Virus record (IMG/VR): IMGVR_UViG_2660238408_000005
Direction: 5' to 3' (one strand)
DNA length: 6,055 nt
Source: a virus
Lineage: Duplodnaviria > Heunggongvirae > Uroviricota > Caudoviricetes
The notes beneath the pieces were generated by a model. It saw nothing but the letters and a program-made list of their open reading frames with translations, had not been told where the DNA came from and did not search any database. Shown here piece after piece: positions 1 through 6,046 of the stretch (the stretch's first letter is position 1; every line of letters begins with the position of its first letter). Made by a program: the position numbers and the translations under genes.

Positions 1-95
1 CATTGGAGCACCTGTGTTGTTCTGAGGTGAGCATATCACCTCTGTTCAGGTGGCCAAATTCAGTGTGCCACTTCAGACATTCTGAGGTGACAGCG

Positions 96-974
96 ATGAT
101 GACGTTTAACCTGCGTGAACAACAAAAAAGACTACAGGCGCGAATGGATGAGTTACGGGCAGAGATTGCATTTGCTCAGAAGGGCGAAAAGCCATGGCCT
201 TATCGTTCCTGCCTGATGCGTGAAGGTCGCGGATATTGCGAAAAACATGGCGAATATCACACGCATATACTGGTGTGGAGCGATCGTAATGGCGAGGACA
301 GAGAAGAAATTTCATGCTGCCCTGACTGCTTAATCGCTGAGGCCAACGATTTGACCATGGAGCTGTCGTCCATCAAGGCGGAAGAGCTGACTGATAACGC
401 CGGAATTGCCCTGCGTTTTCGGGACTGCGAGTTTGATAATTATCTGGAGGTTAATCCTGGCGCAGCCAGAAATCTTGCGGCCTGTCGCCGCTATGCGGAG
501 AACTGGCCAGATATGCTGGAGAACGGTACCAGTCTTGTTATGACCGGCAGTTGTGGTACCGGAAAAAATCATCTGGCTGTGGCTATGGCAAAACACATCA
601 TCCGTAACTATCTGGCCAGTGTGGAGATCACCGACGTGATGCGCCTTACCCGTGCTGTGAAAAATTGCTGGCGGAATGACAGCGAAAAAACAGCGGATGA
701 AGTTATTGAGCGTTATGCGTCAATGGATTTGCTGATCATCGACGAAGTTGGCGTTCAGTTTGGCAGCGCGGCTGAAATGGCTATTTTGCAGGAAATTATC
801 AACGCCAGGTACGAAAGTATCTTGCCCACCATTCTGATCAGTAACCTCTCACCGGAAGAGTTGTGGGCGTTCATCAGTCCCCGAATTGCCGACAGGATCA
901 CAGACGGGGGACGCAACTGGTTGTCGTTTAACTGGCCCAGTTACCGTTCTCGTATCAGAGGTGTGGCTGCATGA
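96..974 (+). CDS. DnaC-like replication protein / helicase loader (AAA+ ATPase) with a Cys/His-rich N-terminal region
   Basis: Walker A GSCGTGKNHLA, Walker B LLIIDEVG, and C-terminal WLSFNWPSYRSR matching the DnaC C-terminal motif (FNWDSYRSR, from memory). N-terminal segment CEKHGEYHTH...CCPDC looks like a metal-binding motif. Start chosen at ATG 96, which has SD GAGGTGA at 84-90 with a 5-nt spacer; the ORF track begins at TTG 3, which I regard as a spurious extension. Stop overlaps the next gene start (ATGA at 971-974). Confidence 0.85.
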   Translation: MMTFNLREQQKRLQARMDELRAEIAFAQKGEKPWPYRSCLMREGRGYCEKHGEYHTHILVWSDRNGEDREEISCCPDCLIAEANDLTMELSSIKAEELTDNAGIALRFRDCEFDNYLEVNPGAARNLAACRRYAENWPDMLENGTSLVMTGSCGTGKNHLAVAMAKHIIRNYLASVEITDVMRLTRAVKNCWRNDSEKTADEVIERYASMDLLIIDEVGVQFGSAAEMAILQEIINARYESILPTILISNLSPEELWAFISPRIADRITDGGRNWLSFNWPSYRSRIRGVAA

Positions 975-2362
975 CAACTCCAGTATGGCGTAACGATGAC
1001 CTTGAAGGCGCTGTCATCGGCGCGTTCTTTCTGCGCGGAGCAGATCCTGAAGTGATGGATATTCTGGCCACACTGCCAGCGGACGTTTTTTCTGTACGAG
1101 CGTATCAGGATATCTATACAGGCATCTGCAGACAGGCCCGTGTTTCAGGAGTGATTGACCCCGTGCTGTTGTGTAATGAGATGCCGGAACTTGCCCCGGT
1201 GATTACTGATACCGGGCGTAAAACCTGGGTGAAGTCTTCACTGGAGCACTATGTTGCAGCGTTGCGGCGCAATGCCGCACTGCGCGATGCAGAAAAAACA
1301 CTGAATGAGGCGCTGCAGAAATTACGTGATGCGCATACCTGTGAAGCAGCTGAAGATGCCCTGAAGGATGCGCAGAACATGATGGTCACACTGTCGACAG
1401 GAAAGGGCGTCATTCAGCCGGTACATATTGATGATGTGCTTCCGGAAGTGGTTGAGCGTGTTGAATGCCGGAATCAGGGGCTGGAGAAATCCAGGACGTT
1501 GATGACCGGTATTGATGAACTGGACGCAAAAACAGGCGGTATGGAGCCCGGAGACCTGGTATTCATTGCCGCCCGTCCTTCGATGGGGAAAACCGAACTT
1601 GCGCTGGACATCATCGACAAGGTGACTGAGCAGGGGCATGGTGTGCTTCTGTTCACCATGGAGATGGCGAACATCCAGATTGGTGAACGTATGGTGTCTG
1701 CGGCTGGAGGGATGCCAGTATCACGCCTGAAATCTGTGGCTCACTTTGAAGATGAAGACTGGACGCGTTTCTCACAAGGGGTGGGGCGGATGACCGGGCG
1801 CAATATCTGGATGGTGGACCAGGCGAACCTGGCCATTGATGAGATATGCGCAACAACGAAACACCACCTGATTAAATATCCGGAAACGGCGCTGGTGGTG
1901 GTTGATTATCTCGGGCTGATAAAAACCCGAACCACGGGGCGTCATGACCTTGCCGTGGGTGAAATCTCAAAGGGGCTTAAAGGCCTGGCAAAATCCGGTG
2001 GTTTTCCGTTGATTGCGCTGAGCCAGCTCTCCCGCGGTGTGGAGTCCAGACCCAATAAACGTCCCATGAACTCAGACCTGAAAAATTCCGGAGAAATAGA
2101 GGCGGATGCAGACATCATTCTGATGCTTTACAGGGATGAAGTGTACAACCCGGATACGCAGGCCAGGGGCATCGCAGAAATCAATATCACGAAACAACGT
2201 AACGGTTCTCTGGGAACGATTTACCGGCGTTTTTATAACGGACATTTTCTGCCTGTGGACCAGGAAAGTGCACGGGTGCTTTCCACTCCCATGAAGCCCG
2301 GCAATCCGCGCAGATACAGTAATAAACGAACTGACAGCAGTAAGATGGAGCGTTTCTTTTGA
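971..2362 (+). CDS. DnaB-family replicative DNA helicase (phage-encoded)
   Basis: 463 aa. Walker A GDLVFIAARPSMGKTELA, Walker B-like VVVDYLGLI, and ALSQLSR...RPMNSDLKNSGEIEADADIILMLYRDEVY, which parallels E. coli DnaB motifs (SQLNR, DADLIMFIYRDEVY, from memory). Has a DnaB-like N-terminal domain. Translationally coupled to the upstream loader gene. Confidence 0.9.
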   Translation: MTTPVWRNDDLEGAVIGAFFLRGADPEVMDILATLPADVFSVRAYQDIYTGICRQARVSGVIDPVLLCNEMPELAPVITDTGRKTWVKSSLEHYVAALRRNAALRDAEKTLNEALQKLRDAHTCEAAEDALKDAQNMMVTLSTGKGVIQPVHIDDVLPEVVERVECRNQGLEKSRTLMTGIDELDAKTGGMEPGDLVFIAARPSMGKTELALDIIDKVTEQGHGVLLFTMEMANIQIGERMVSAAGGMPVSRLKSVAHFEDEDWTRFSQGVGRMTGRNIWMVDQANLAIDEICATTKHHLIKYPETALVVVDYLGLIKTRTTGRHDLAVGEISKGLKGLAKSGGFPLIALSQLSRGVESRPNKRPMNSDLKNSGEIEADADIILMLYRDEVYNPDTQARGIAEINITKQRNGSLGTIYRRFYNGHFLPVDQESARVLSTPMKPGNPRRYSNKRTDSSKMERFF

Positions 2363-2616
2363 ACAACCAGACAATGACTTTTACCCCTGAACAATTGCGT
2401 AAACACGCGCAGGAAATGCTGCGTCATGCTGAACAACTCGAAAAAACGGGCATAACAAAAGATGCTATCCGTAAAGATATGGTACCCGCGCTTCGGGAAC
2501 TGATGCAGGCGAAGCATCGCGCACAGAAAGCAGTAGATGAGCTGGTGGACTGTGTGGCAGAGCTGGAAACCAGAGTCGGAAAGTTTGAAAAACTGGTGCA
2601 GGAGGCGCTGCGCTGA
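2359..2616 (+). CDS. Hypothetical small protein, predicted all-helical / coiled-coil, nin-region position
   Basis: 85-aa ORF with TTG start at 2359 overlapping the helicase stop (TTGA), GGAG at 2347-2350 with an 8-nt spacer. Alternative ATG at 2374 (80 aa) has no SD. Charged, helical composition (EQLEK...RELMQAKHRAQKAVDELVD). No family recognised. Confidence 0.5.
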   Translation: MNNQTMTFTPEQLRKHAQEMLRHAEQLEKTGITKDAIRKDMVPALRELMQAKHRAQKAVDELVDCVAELETRVGKFEKLVQEALR

Positions 2617-2710
2617 TGCGCCATGAGTTTGTTTTGCCCTGGCTTGTGCGCGATCATTATGTCCCTGGTGGAAAGCCCGGGATAAAAATCACCGAACCGG
2701 AGAGTATTTG

Positions 2711-2911
2711 ATGAGCGTCAAAATTCAAACGATACCGGAACTGCTTATCCAGACACGAGGTAATATGACCGAAGTTTCACGAATGCTGAACTGTAATCGC
2801 GCCACGGTAAGAAAATATGCTGAAGATAAAGAGGGCAAAGGGCACGCCATTGTTGATGGTGTTCTGATTGTTCATCGTGGATGGGACAGGGGTAAAGACA
2901 GTGATGCGTGA
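2711..2911 (+). CDS. ninH: NinH-like small DNA-binding protein
   Basis: 66 aa starting at ATG 2711, SD GGAGAG at 2699-2704. Shares the pattern IP.LL...GN.TEV.R.L.C.R.TVRKY..DK.GK.HAIV..VL.VHRGW with lambda NinH as recalled from memory. Sits immediately upstream of Q, as in lambda. The ORF track start at 2708 is TTG. Confidence 0.7.
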   Translation: MSVKIQTIPELLIQTRGNMTEVSRMLNCNRATVRKYAEDKEGKGHAIVDGVLIVHRGWDRGKDSDA

Positions 2912-3284
2912 TATTCAGCAGGTTCTTGAGCGCTGGGGCGCGTGGGTGGCTAATAATCATGAGGATGTGACCTGGTCGTCCATTGCTGCCGGTTTTAAGG
3001 GATTAATCCCTTCAAAAGTAAAATCCCGCCCGCAATGCTGTGACGATGACGCGATGGTTATATGTGGGTGTATGGCCCGCCTTAACCGGAACAACAACGA
3101 TCTACATGACTTGCTGGTTGACTACTACGTGTTTGGGATGACATTCATGACGCTGGCGCGGAAGCATGGATGCTCAGATGGTTATATAGGAAAGAAGCTA
3201 CAAAAAGCCGAGGGGGTGGTGGAAGGAATGTTGATGATGTTGGGTGTCCGGTTAGAAATGGACAAATATATTGAACATCCCTGA
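2904..3284 (+). CDS. Q: Late-gene antitermination protein Q, phage 21 / QuuD type
   Basis: 126 aa from ATG 2904: [34 protein letters not shown]...[16 protein letters not shown]...[15 protein letters not shown]. This is near-collinear with E. coli DLP12 QuuD / Q21-family antiterminators as recalled. The ORF track start at 2868 adds 12 residues and would overlap ninH more deeply; ATG 2904 overlaps the ninH stop by 8 nt. Confidence 0.8.
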   Translation: MRDIQQVLERWGAWVANNHEDVTWSSIAAGFKGLIPSKVKSRPQCCDDDAMVICGCMARLNRNNNDLHDLLVDYYVFGMTFMTLARKHGCSDGYIGKKLQKAEGVVEGMLMMLGVRLEMDKYIEHP

Positions 3285-3311
3285 TGGTAAGGGGCGACTT
3301 TCTAGAAAATA

Positions 3312-3327
3312 TTTTACGTACGTAAAA
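3312..3327. promoter_or_regulatory. Perfect 16-bp palindrome TTTTACGTACGTAAAA in the Q-terminator intergenic region; candidate operator or Q-binding / late-promoter element
   Basis: The sequence is its own reverse complement. An overlapping AAAATATTTT palindrome lies at 3306-3315. It sits where lambdoid phages carry the late promoter PR' and qut. Function is inferred, not demonstrated. Confidence 0.3.
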
Positions 3328-3340
3328 AACGGGATATTCT
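3313..3340 (+). promoter_or_regulatory. Candidate late promoter (PR'-like): -35 TTTACG (3313-3318), 16-nt spacer, -10 TATTCT (3335-3340)
   Basis: Hexamer matches to sigma70 consensus are weak to moderate. Position is right for PR' (downstream of Q, upstream of terminator). Alternative hexamer choices exist. Confidence 0.2.
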
Positions 3341-3370
3341 GTTAAGAGTGGTTGCTTCGCCACACAGCTT

Positions 3371-3397
3371 AAACCCGCCTCCGGGCGGGTTTTTTAT
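3371..3397 (+). terminator. Rho-independent terminator, candidate tR'
   Basis: Stem CCCGCC (3374-3379), loop TCCG, stem GGCGGG (3384-3389), followed by TTTTTT (3390-3395). The 5' AAA could extend the stem by pairing with the T tract. Confidence 0.7.
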
Positions 3398-3445
3398 GCC
3401 TGAAAAACGGTACAGGACGTTAAACACGCTGGTGGTCAGATGAGT

Positions 3446-3474
3446 TTGCAGATGTGATGACATATGGTTATTAT
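3446..3474 (+). promoter_or_regulatory. Candidate sigma70 promoter for the downstream tRNA: -35 TTGCAG (3446-3451), 17-nt spacer, -10 TATTAT (3469-3474)
   Basis: The predicted transcription start is about 3481-3482, a few nt upstream of the tRNA 5' end at 3484. Hexamers read directly from the sequence. Confidence 0.35.
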
Positions 3475-3483
3475 TCTGCCTCC

Positions 3484-3559
3484 GGCCCTTTAGCTCAGTT
3501 GGNNNNNNNNNNNNNNNNNNNNNNNNNNNNNNNNNNNNNNNNNNNNNNNNNNNNNNNNN
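3484..3559 (+). tRNA. tRNA gene, 5' end only visible (3484-3502); remainder is masked, so isotype is undetermined and the 3' coordinate is an estimate
   Basis: GGCCCTT-T-A-GCTC-AGTTGG gives a 7-nt acceptor arm, U8, A9, D-stem GCTC and the canonical D-loop AGTTGG. This resembles the 5' end of enterobacterial tRNAs such as Ile/Thr/Lys (from memory). tRNA genes between Q and the lysis genes are typical of lambdoid and Stx-type prophages. Confidence 0.5.
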
Positions 3560-3917
3560 NNNNNNNNNNNNNNNNNNNNNNNNNNNNNNNNNNNNNNNNN
3601 NNNNNNNNNNNNNNNNNNNNNNNNNNNNNNNNNNNNNNNNNNNNNNNNNNNNNNNNNNNNNNNNNNNNNNNNNNNNNNNNNNNNNNNNNNNNNNNNNNNN
3701 NNNNNNNNNNNNNNNNNNNNNNNNNNNNNNNNNNNNNNNNNNNNNNNNNNNNNNNNNNNNNNNNNNNNNNNNNNNNNNNNNNNNNNNNNNNNNNNNNNNN
3801 NNNNNNNNNNNNNNNNNNNNNNNNNNNNNNNNNNNNNNNNNNNNNNNNNNNNNNNNNNNNNNNNNNNNNNNNNNNNNNNNNNNNNNNNNNNNNNNNNNNN
3901 NNNNNNNNNNNNNNNNN
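3503..3917. other. Masked / undetermined sequence (415 N)
   Basis: A run of N directly visible in the sequence. Nothing inside can be annotated. It is flanked 5' by the tRNA start and 3' by a T7 tract. Confidence 1.
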
Positions 3918-4136
3918 CTTTTTTTGCAAAATTGCTGTGCAGAAATACTAACCTTCGGGCGTGCGATCATTCATAAGCACTCTGCTTTTATTCCGATTAA
4001 CTGTGGGTGGTTTGTTGGATAGAGTGCTTTCCTTACTGTATATATCGTTTCGCCCGCTTTTGCGTTTTTTTCTTTTCAAATCCCTTTCATTTCTCAGTGT
4101 AAAACTACGCCATCCGTTATTTGCGGAGGTGAGGCT

Positions 4137-4352
4137 ATGAAATCCATGGACAAAATTTCAACGGGCATTGCCTACGGCACCTCCGCCGGCAGTGCCGGCT
4201 ACTGGTTTTTGCAGTGGTTGGATCAGGTCAGGCCATCACAGTGGGCTGCGATTGGTGTGCTGGGAAGTCTGCTTCTGGGGCTTCTGACTTATCTGACGAA
4301 TCTGTATTTCAAAATAAGAGAAGACAAGCGTAAGGCTGCACGGGGAGAGTAA
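4137..4352 (+). CDS. S: Class II holin (pinholin), phage 21 S21 type, with dual-start motif
   Basis: 71 aa beginning [31 protein letters not shown]...[36 protein letters not shown], essentially collinear with phage 21 S21 as recalled. Two TMDs (a Gly/Ala-rich SAR-like TMD1, then TMD2) and a charged C-tail. Met1-Lys2-Ser3-Met4 gives the antiholin/holin dual start (ATG 4137 and 4146). Strong SD GGAGGT at 4125-4130. Confidence 0.9.
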   Translation: MKSMDKISTGIAYGTSAGSAGYWFLQWLDQVRPSQWAAIGVLGSLLLGLLTYLTNLYFKIREDKRKAARGE

Positions 4353-4355
4353 ATA

Positions 4356-4985
4356 ATGAAGCATGAAGAAATGAATCAGCGATTCAATCACCTGGAAAAT
4401 GAAATCACTGAGCTTAATAAAAAATTGTCGGCGTTGGTGAGTTCTGAAGATGAAAACAAACGCCGCGATGAGCATTATGCGGCGATTTACGATTACTGCC
4501 ACAAAGTCGCTCACGAGACTTTTATGAAGTTTTTGCAGGAAAAGTTTTTACCGGCCGCATTGTCAGAAAAAGAGGCGGCTTACCTGCGGCCTGAGTACGT
4601 CATTACGGTTAACAGTGCCGGAGAGGAAGAGCATAAAAGTGATTTTATTGCGTCTGCACCGGATAAAGACCAGGAACCCCATCGGCCTTTCAGGGTTTCC
4701 TGTGAAGAGGGTGAGTTCGTCGTTTATGAGAACGGAAAACCTGTCCGGGCATCGCATCATCACTGCCTGAAAATTATTAATCTCGCTATCAGATGCCTGA
4801 AAGACGAAAACACCAGAGTTATGAAACGCATTGGCCGTTGCATGGGGTATTTGCAGGTGGCGGCAGAGATTGAAGCACTTGCCAGTGGTGCAGACATGGA
4901 TGCTGCGGTGCGGGAGGCTCTTCTTCGTGATTTCAATACTCCCCCTTTAAGAAAGAGCCTGATGACTGGATCCAGCCGGGGCTGA
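4356..4985 (+). CDS. Hypothetical 209-aa soluble protein of unknown function inserted inside the lysis cassette (moron candidate)
   Basis: ATG 4356 lies 3 nt after the holin stop, with GGAG at 4344-4347 (8-nt spacer). Long open frame with no TM segment or signal peptide evident. Acidic, coiled-coil-like N-terminus (NQRFNHLENEITELNKKLSALVSSEDENKRRDEH), several Cys/His (HHHC, CxxxxxxxxC). First half is visibly AT-rich relative to its neighbours. No family recognised by eye. Confidence 0.6.
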   Translation: MKHEEMNQRFNHLENEITELNKKLSALVSSEDENKRRDEHYAAIYDYCHKVAHETFMKFLQEKFLPAALSEKEAAYLRPEYVITVNSAGEEEHKSDFIASAPDKDQEPHRPFRVSCEEGEFVVYENGKPVRASHHHCLKIINLAIRCLKDENTRVMKRIGRCMGYLQVAAEIEALASGADMDAAVREALLRDFNTPPLRKSLMTGSSRG

Positions 4986-5050
4986 CTTATCTTAAAAGGC
5001 GTATATAAGTTGGCTCGTTATTTGTTGCCGATAAATCCTGATAAATATCC

Positions 5051-5584
5051 ATGAGCGCAAAAATCAAATACGGCCTGTCGGCTGCTGTTCTGGCGCTGAT
5101 TGCCGCAGGCGCGTCTGCTCCCCAGATACTTGACCAGTTTCTGAACGAAAAAGAGGGTAATCACACAACGGCATACCGTGATGGTTCTGGCATATGGACC
5201 ATCTGTCGTGGTGCCACAATGGTGGATGGTAAGCCTGTCATACCGGGAATGAAGCTGTCGAAGGAAAAATGTGACCAGGTTAACGCTATTGAACGTGATA
5301 AGGCGCTGGCATGGGTGGAGCGCAATATTAAAGTACCTCTGACCGAACCCCAGAAAGCGGGTATAGCGTCATTTTGCCCCTATAACATTGGCCCCGGTAA
5401 GTGTTTCCCGTCGACGTTTTATAAGCGGCTGAATGCCGGTGATCGTAAGGGCGCATGCGAGGCGATTCGCTGGTGGATAAAAGATGTTGGGCGCGATTGC
5501 CGCATACGTTCAAATAACTGCTATGGACAGGTTATTCGTCGTGACCAGGAAAGCGCATTAGCCTGTTGGGGGATAGATCAATGA
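5051..5584 (+). CDS. R: SAR endolysin (T4-lysozyme-like / GH24 muramidase, R21 type)
   Basis: 177 aa. N-terminal weakly hydrophobic Gly/Ala-rich signal-anchor-release segment [21 protein letters not shown]. Catalytic triad at E35, D44, T50 in [24 protein letters not shown], the same spacing as the E-8-D-5-T triad of phage lysozymes, with numbering identical to R21 as recalled. No clear SD upstream. Confidence 0.9.
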   Translation: MSAKIKYGLSAAVLALIAAGASAPQILDQFLNEKEGNHTTAYRDGSGIWTICRGATMVDGKPVIPGMKLSKEKCDQVNAIERDKALAWVERNIKVPLTEPQKAGIASFCPYNIGPGKCFPSTFYKRLNAGDRKGACEAIRWWIKDVGRDCRIRSNNCYGQVIRRDQESALACWGIDQ

Positions 5585-5985
5585 GCAGAGTCACCGCGAT
5601 TATCTCCGCTCTGGTTATCTGCATCATCGTCTGCCTGTCATGGGCTGTTAATCATTACCGTGATAACGCCATTACCTACAAAGAGCAGCGCGACAAAAAC
5701 GCCGGAGAACTGAAGCTGGCGAACGCAACCATTACTGACATGCAGCAGCGCCAGCGTGATGCTGATGCACTCGATGCTAAATACACGAAGGAGTTAGCTG
5801 ATGCGAAAGCTGAAAATGATGCTCTTCGGCGCAAGCTTGATAATGGTGGTCGGGTGCTCGTCAAAGGAAAATGCCCTGTGCCATCCTCAGCCGAAACCTC
5901 CAGCGCCTCCGGCATGGGCAATGATGCCACCGTCGAACTCTCTCCAGTTGCTGGACGAAACGTTCTCGGTATCCGGGACGGGTGA
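5581..5985 (+). CDS. Rz: Rz-like i-spanin (inner-membrane spanin subunit)
   Basis: ATG 5581 overlaps the endolysin stop (ATGA). N-terminal [21 protein letters not shown] plus a coiled-coil region. The first ~85 aa are near-identical to lambda Rz as recalled ([34 protein letters not shown]...[19 protein letters not shown]); the C-terminal portion diverges and is shorter. The ORF track start at 5566 is an upstream extension. Confidence 0.85.
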   Translation: MSRVTAIISALVICIIVCLSWAVNHYRDNAITYKEQRDKNAGELKLANATITDMQQRQRDADALDAKYTKELADAKAENDALRRKLDNGGRVLVKGKCPVPSSAETSSASGMGNDATVELSPVAGRNVLGIRDG

Positions 5986-5995
5986 GGTAGCCTGA
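5801..5995 (+). CDS. Rz1: Rz1-like o-spanin (outer-membrane lipoprotein), overlapping Rz in the +1 frame
   Basis: 64 aa. Signal peptide [19 protein letters not shown] with lipobox VVGC, and proline-rich mature part ([16 protein letters not shown]) resembling lambda Rz1 (..VVGC.SK...PPPPPAW.MQPP, from memory). SD GAAGGAG at 5787-5793 with a 7-nt spacer. Ends 10 nt past the Rz stop. Confidence 0.8.
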   Translation: MRKLKMMLFGASLIMVVGCSSKENALCHPQPKPPAPPAWAMMPPSNSLQLLDETFSVSGTGEVA

Positions 5996-6046
5996 GTTTA
6001 ACGGACACTCCTTCCTGAAATAGAATGGCATCAGAAGGAGCTAATA

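Noticed and set aside
3-95. 5' extension of the DnaC-like ORF to TTG at position 3
   Set aside because: The in-frame ATG at 96 has a strong SD (GAGGTGA, 5-nt spacer). The extension would begin at the window edge with TTG and read through a hairpin, and is more likely the upstream gene's end plus intergenic sequence.
106-2657. Minus-strand ORFs inside the loader, helicase and 85-aa genes (106-315, 330-596, 1322-1639, 1474-1674, 1653-1856, 2072-2374, 2233-2517, 2424-2657)
   Set aside because: All lie antisense within + strand genes that have clear family motifs and coupled starts. None has a convincing RBS or recognisable domain.
2868-2903. 5' extension of Q to ATG 2868 ([12 protein letters not shown]-)
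   Set aside because: As recalled, Q21/QuuD-type proteins begin MRDIQ; the extension would overlap ninH by 44 nt. Not fully excluded.
3484-3502. tRNA fragment as a prophage attachment site (attL/attR)
   Set aside because: It lies inside the late operon between Q and the lysis genes, with phage genes on both sides and its own promoter-like sequence. A phage-borne tRNA gene is more consistent than an integration junction.
3503-3917. Shiga toxin (stxAB) or other large cargo in the Q-S interval
   Set aside because: The masked block is 415 nt, far too short for stxAB (about 1.2 kb). No toxin-like coding sequence is visible in the unmasked flanks.
3314-3970. Three ORFs spanning the N block (3314-3970 -, 3454-3951 +, 3495-3929 -), translated mostly as X
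   Set aside because: They are open only because masked bases cannot encode stops. The unmasked flanks are short and sit in intergenic/tRNA sequence.
4048-4072. Possible intrinsic terminator CGCCCGCTTTTGCGTTTTTTT upstream of the holin
   Set aside because: No proper inverted repeat: only a 3-bp CGC/GCG stem is possible. A T-run alone is insufficient.
2745-6008. Minus-strand ORFs antisense to ninH/Q, holin, the inserted gene, endolysin and Rz (2745-2960, 3145-3363, 4236-4514, 4563-4763, 5328-5513, 5676-6008), and the + ORF 1322-type alternates
   Set aside because: Antisense to well-supported genes, with low-complexity or atypical composition. 5676-6008 is the third frame of the Rz/Rz1 overlap and is Ser/Ala/Arg-rich, as expected from frame shadowing.
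5986-6023. Rz continuing beyond 5985, i.e. frameshifted or pseudogenised Rz
   Set aside because: All three forward frames hit stop codons within 5983-6023, and the divergent C-terminus is a continuous open frame. Read as a diverged, shorter C-terminal domain rather than a broken gene.
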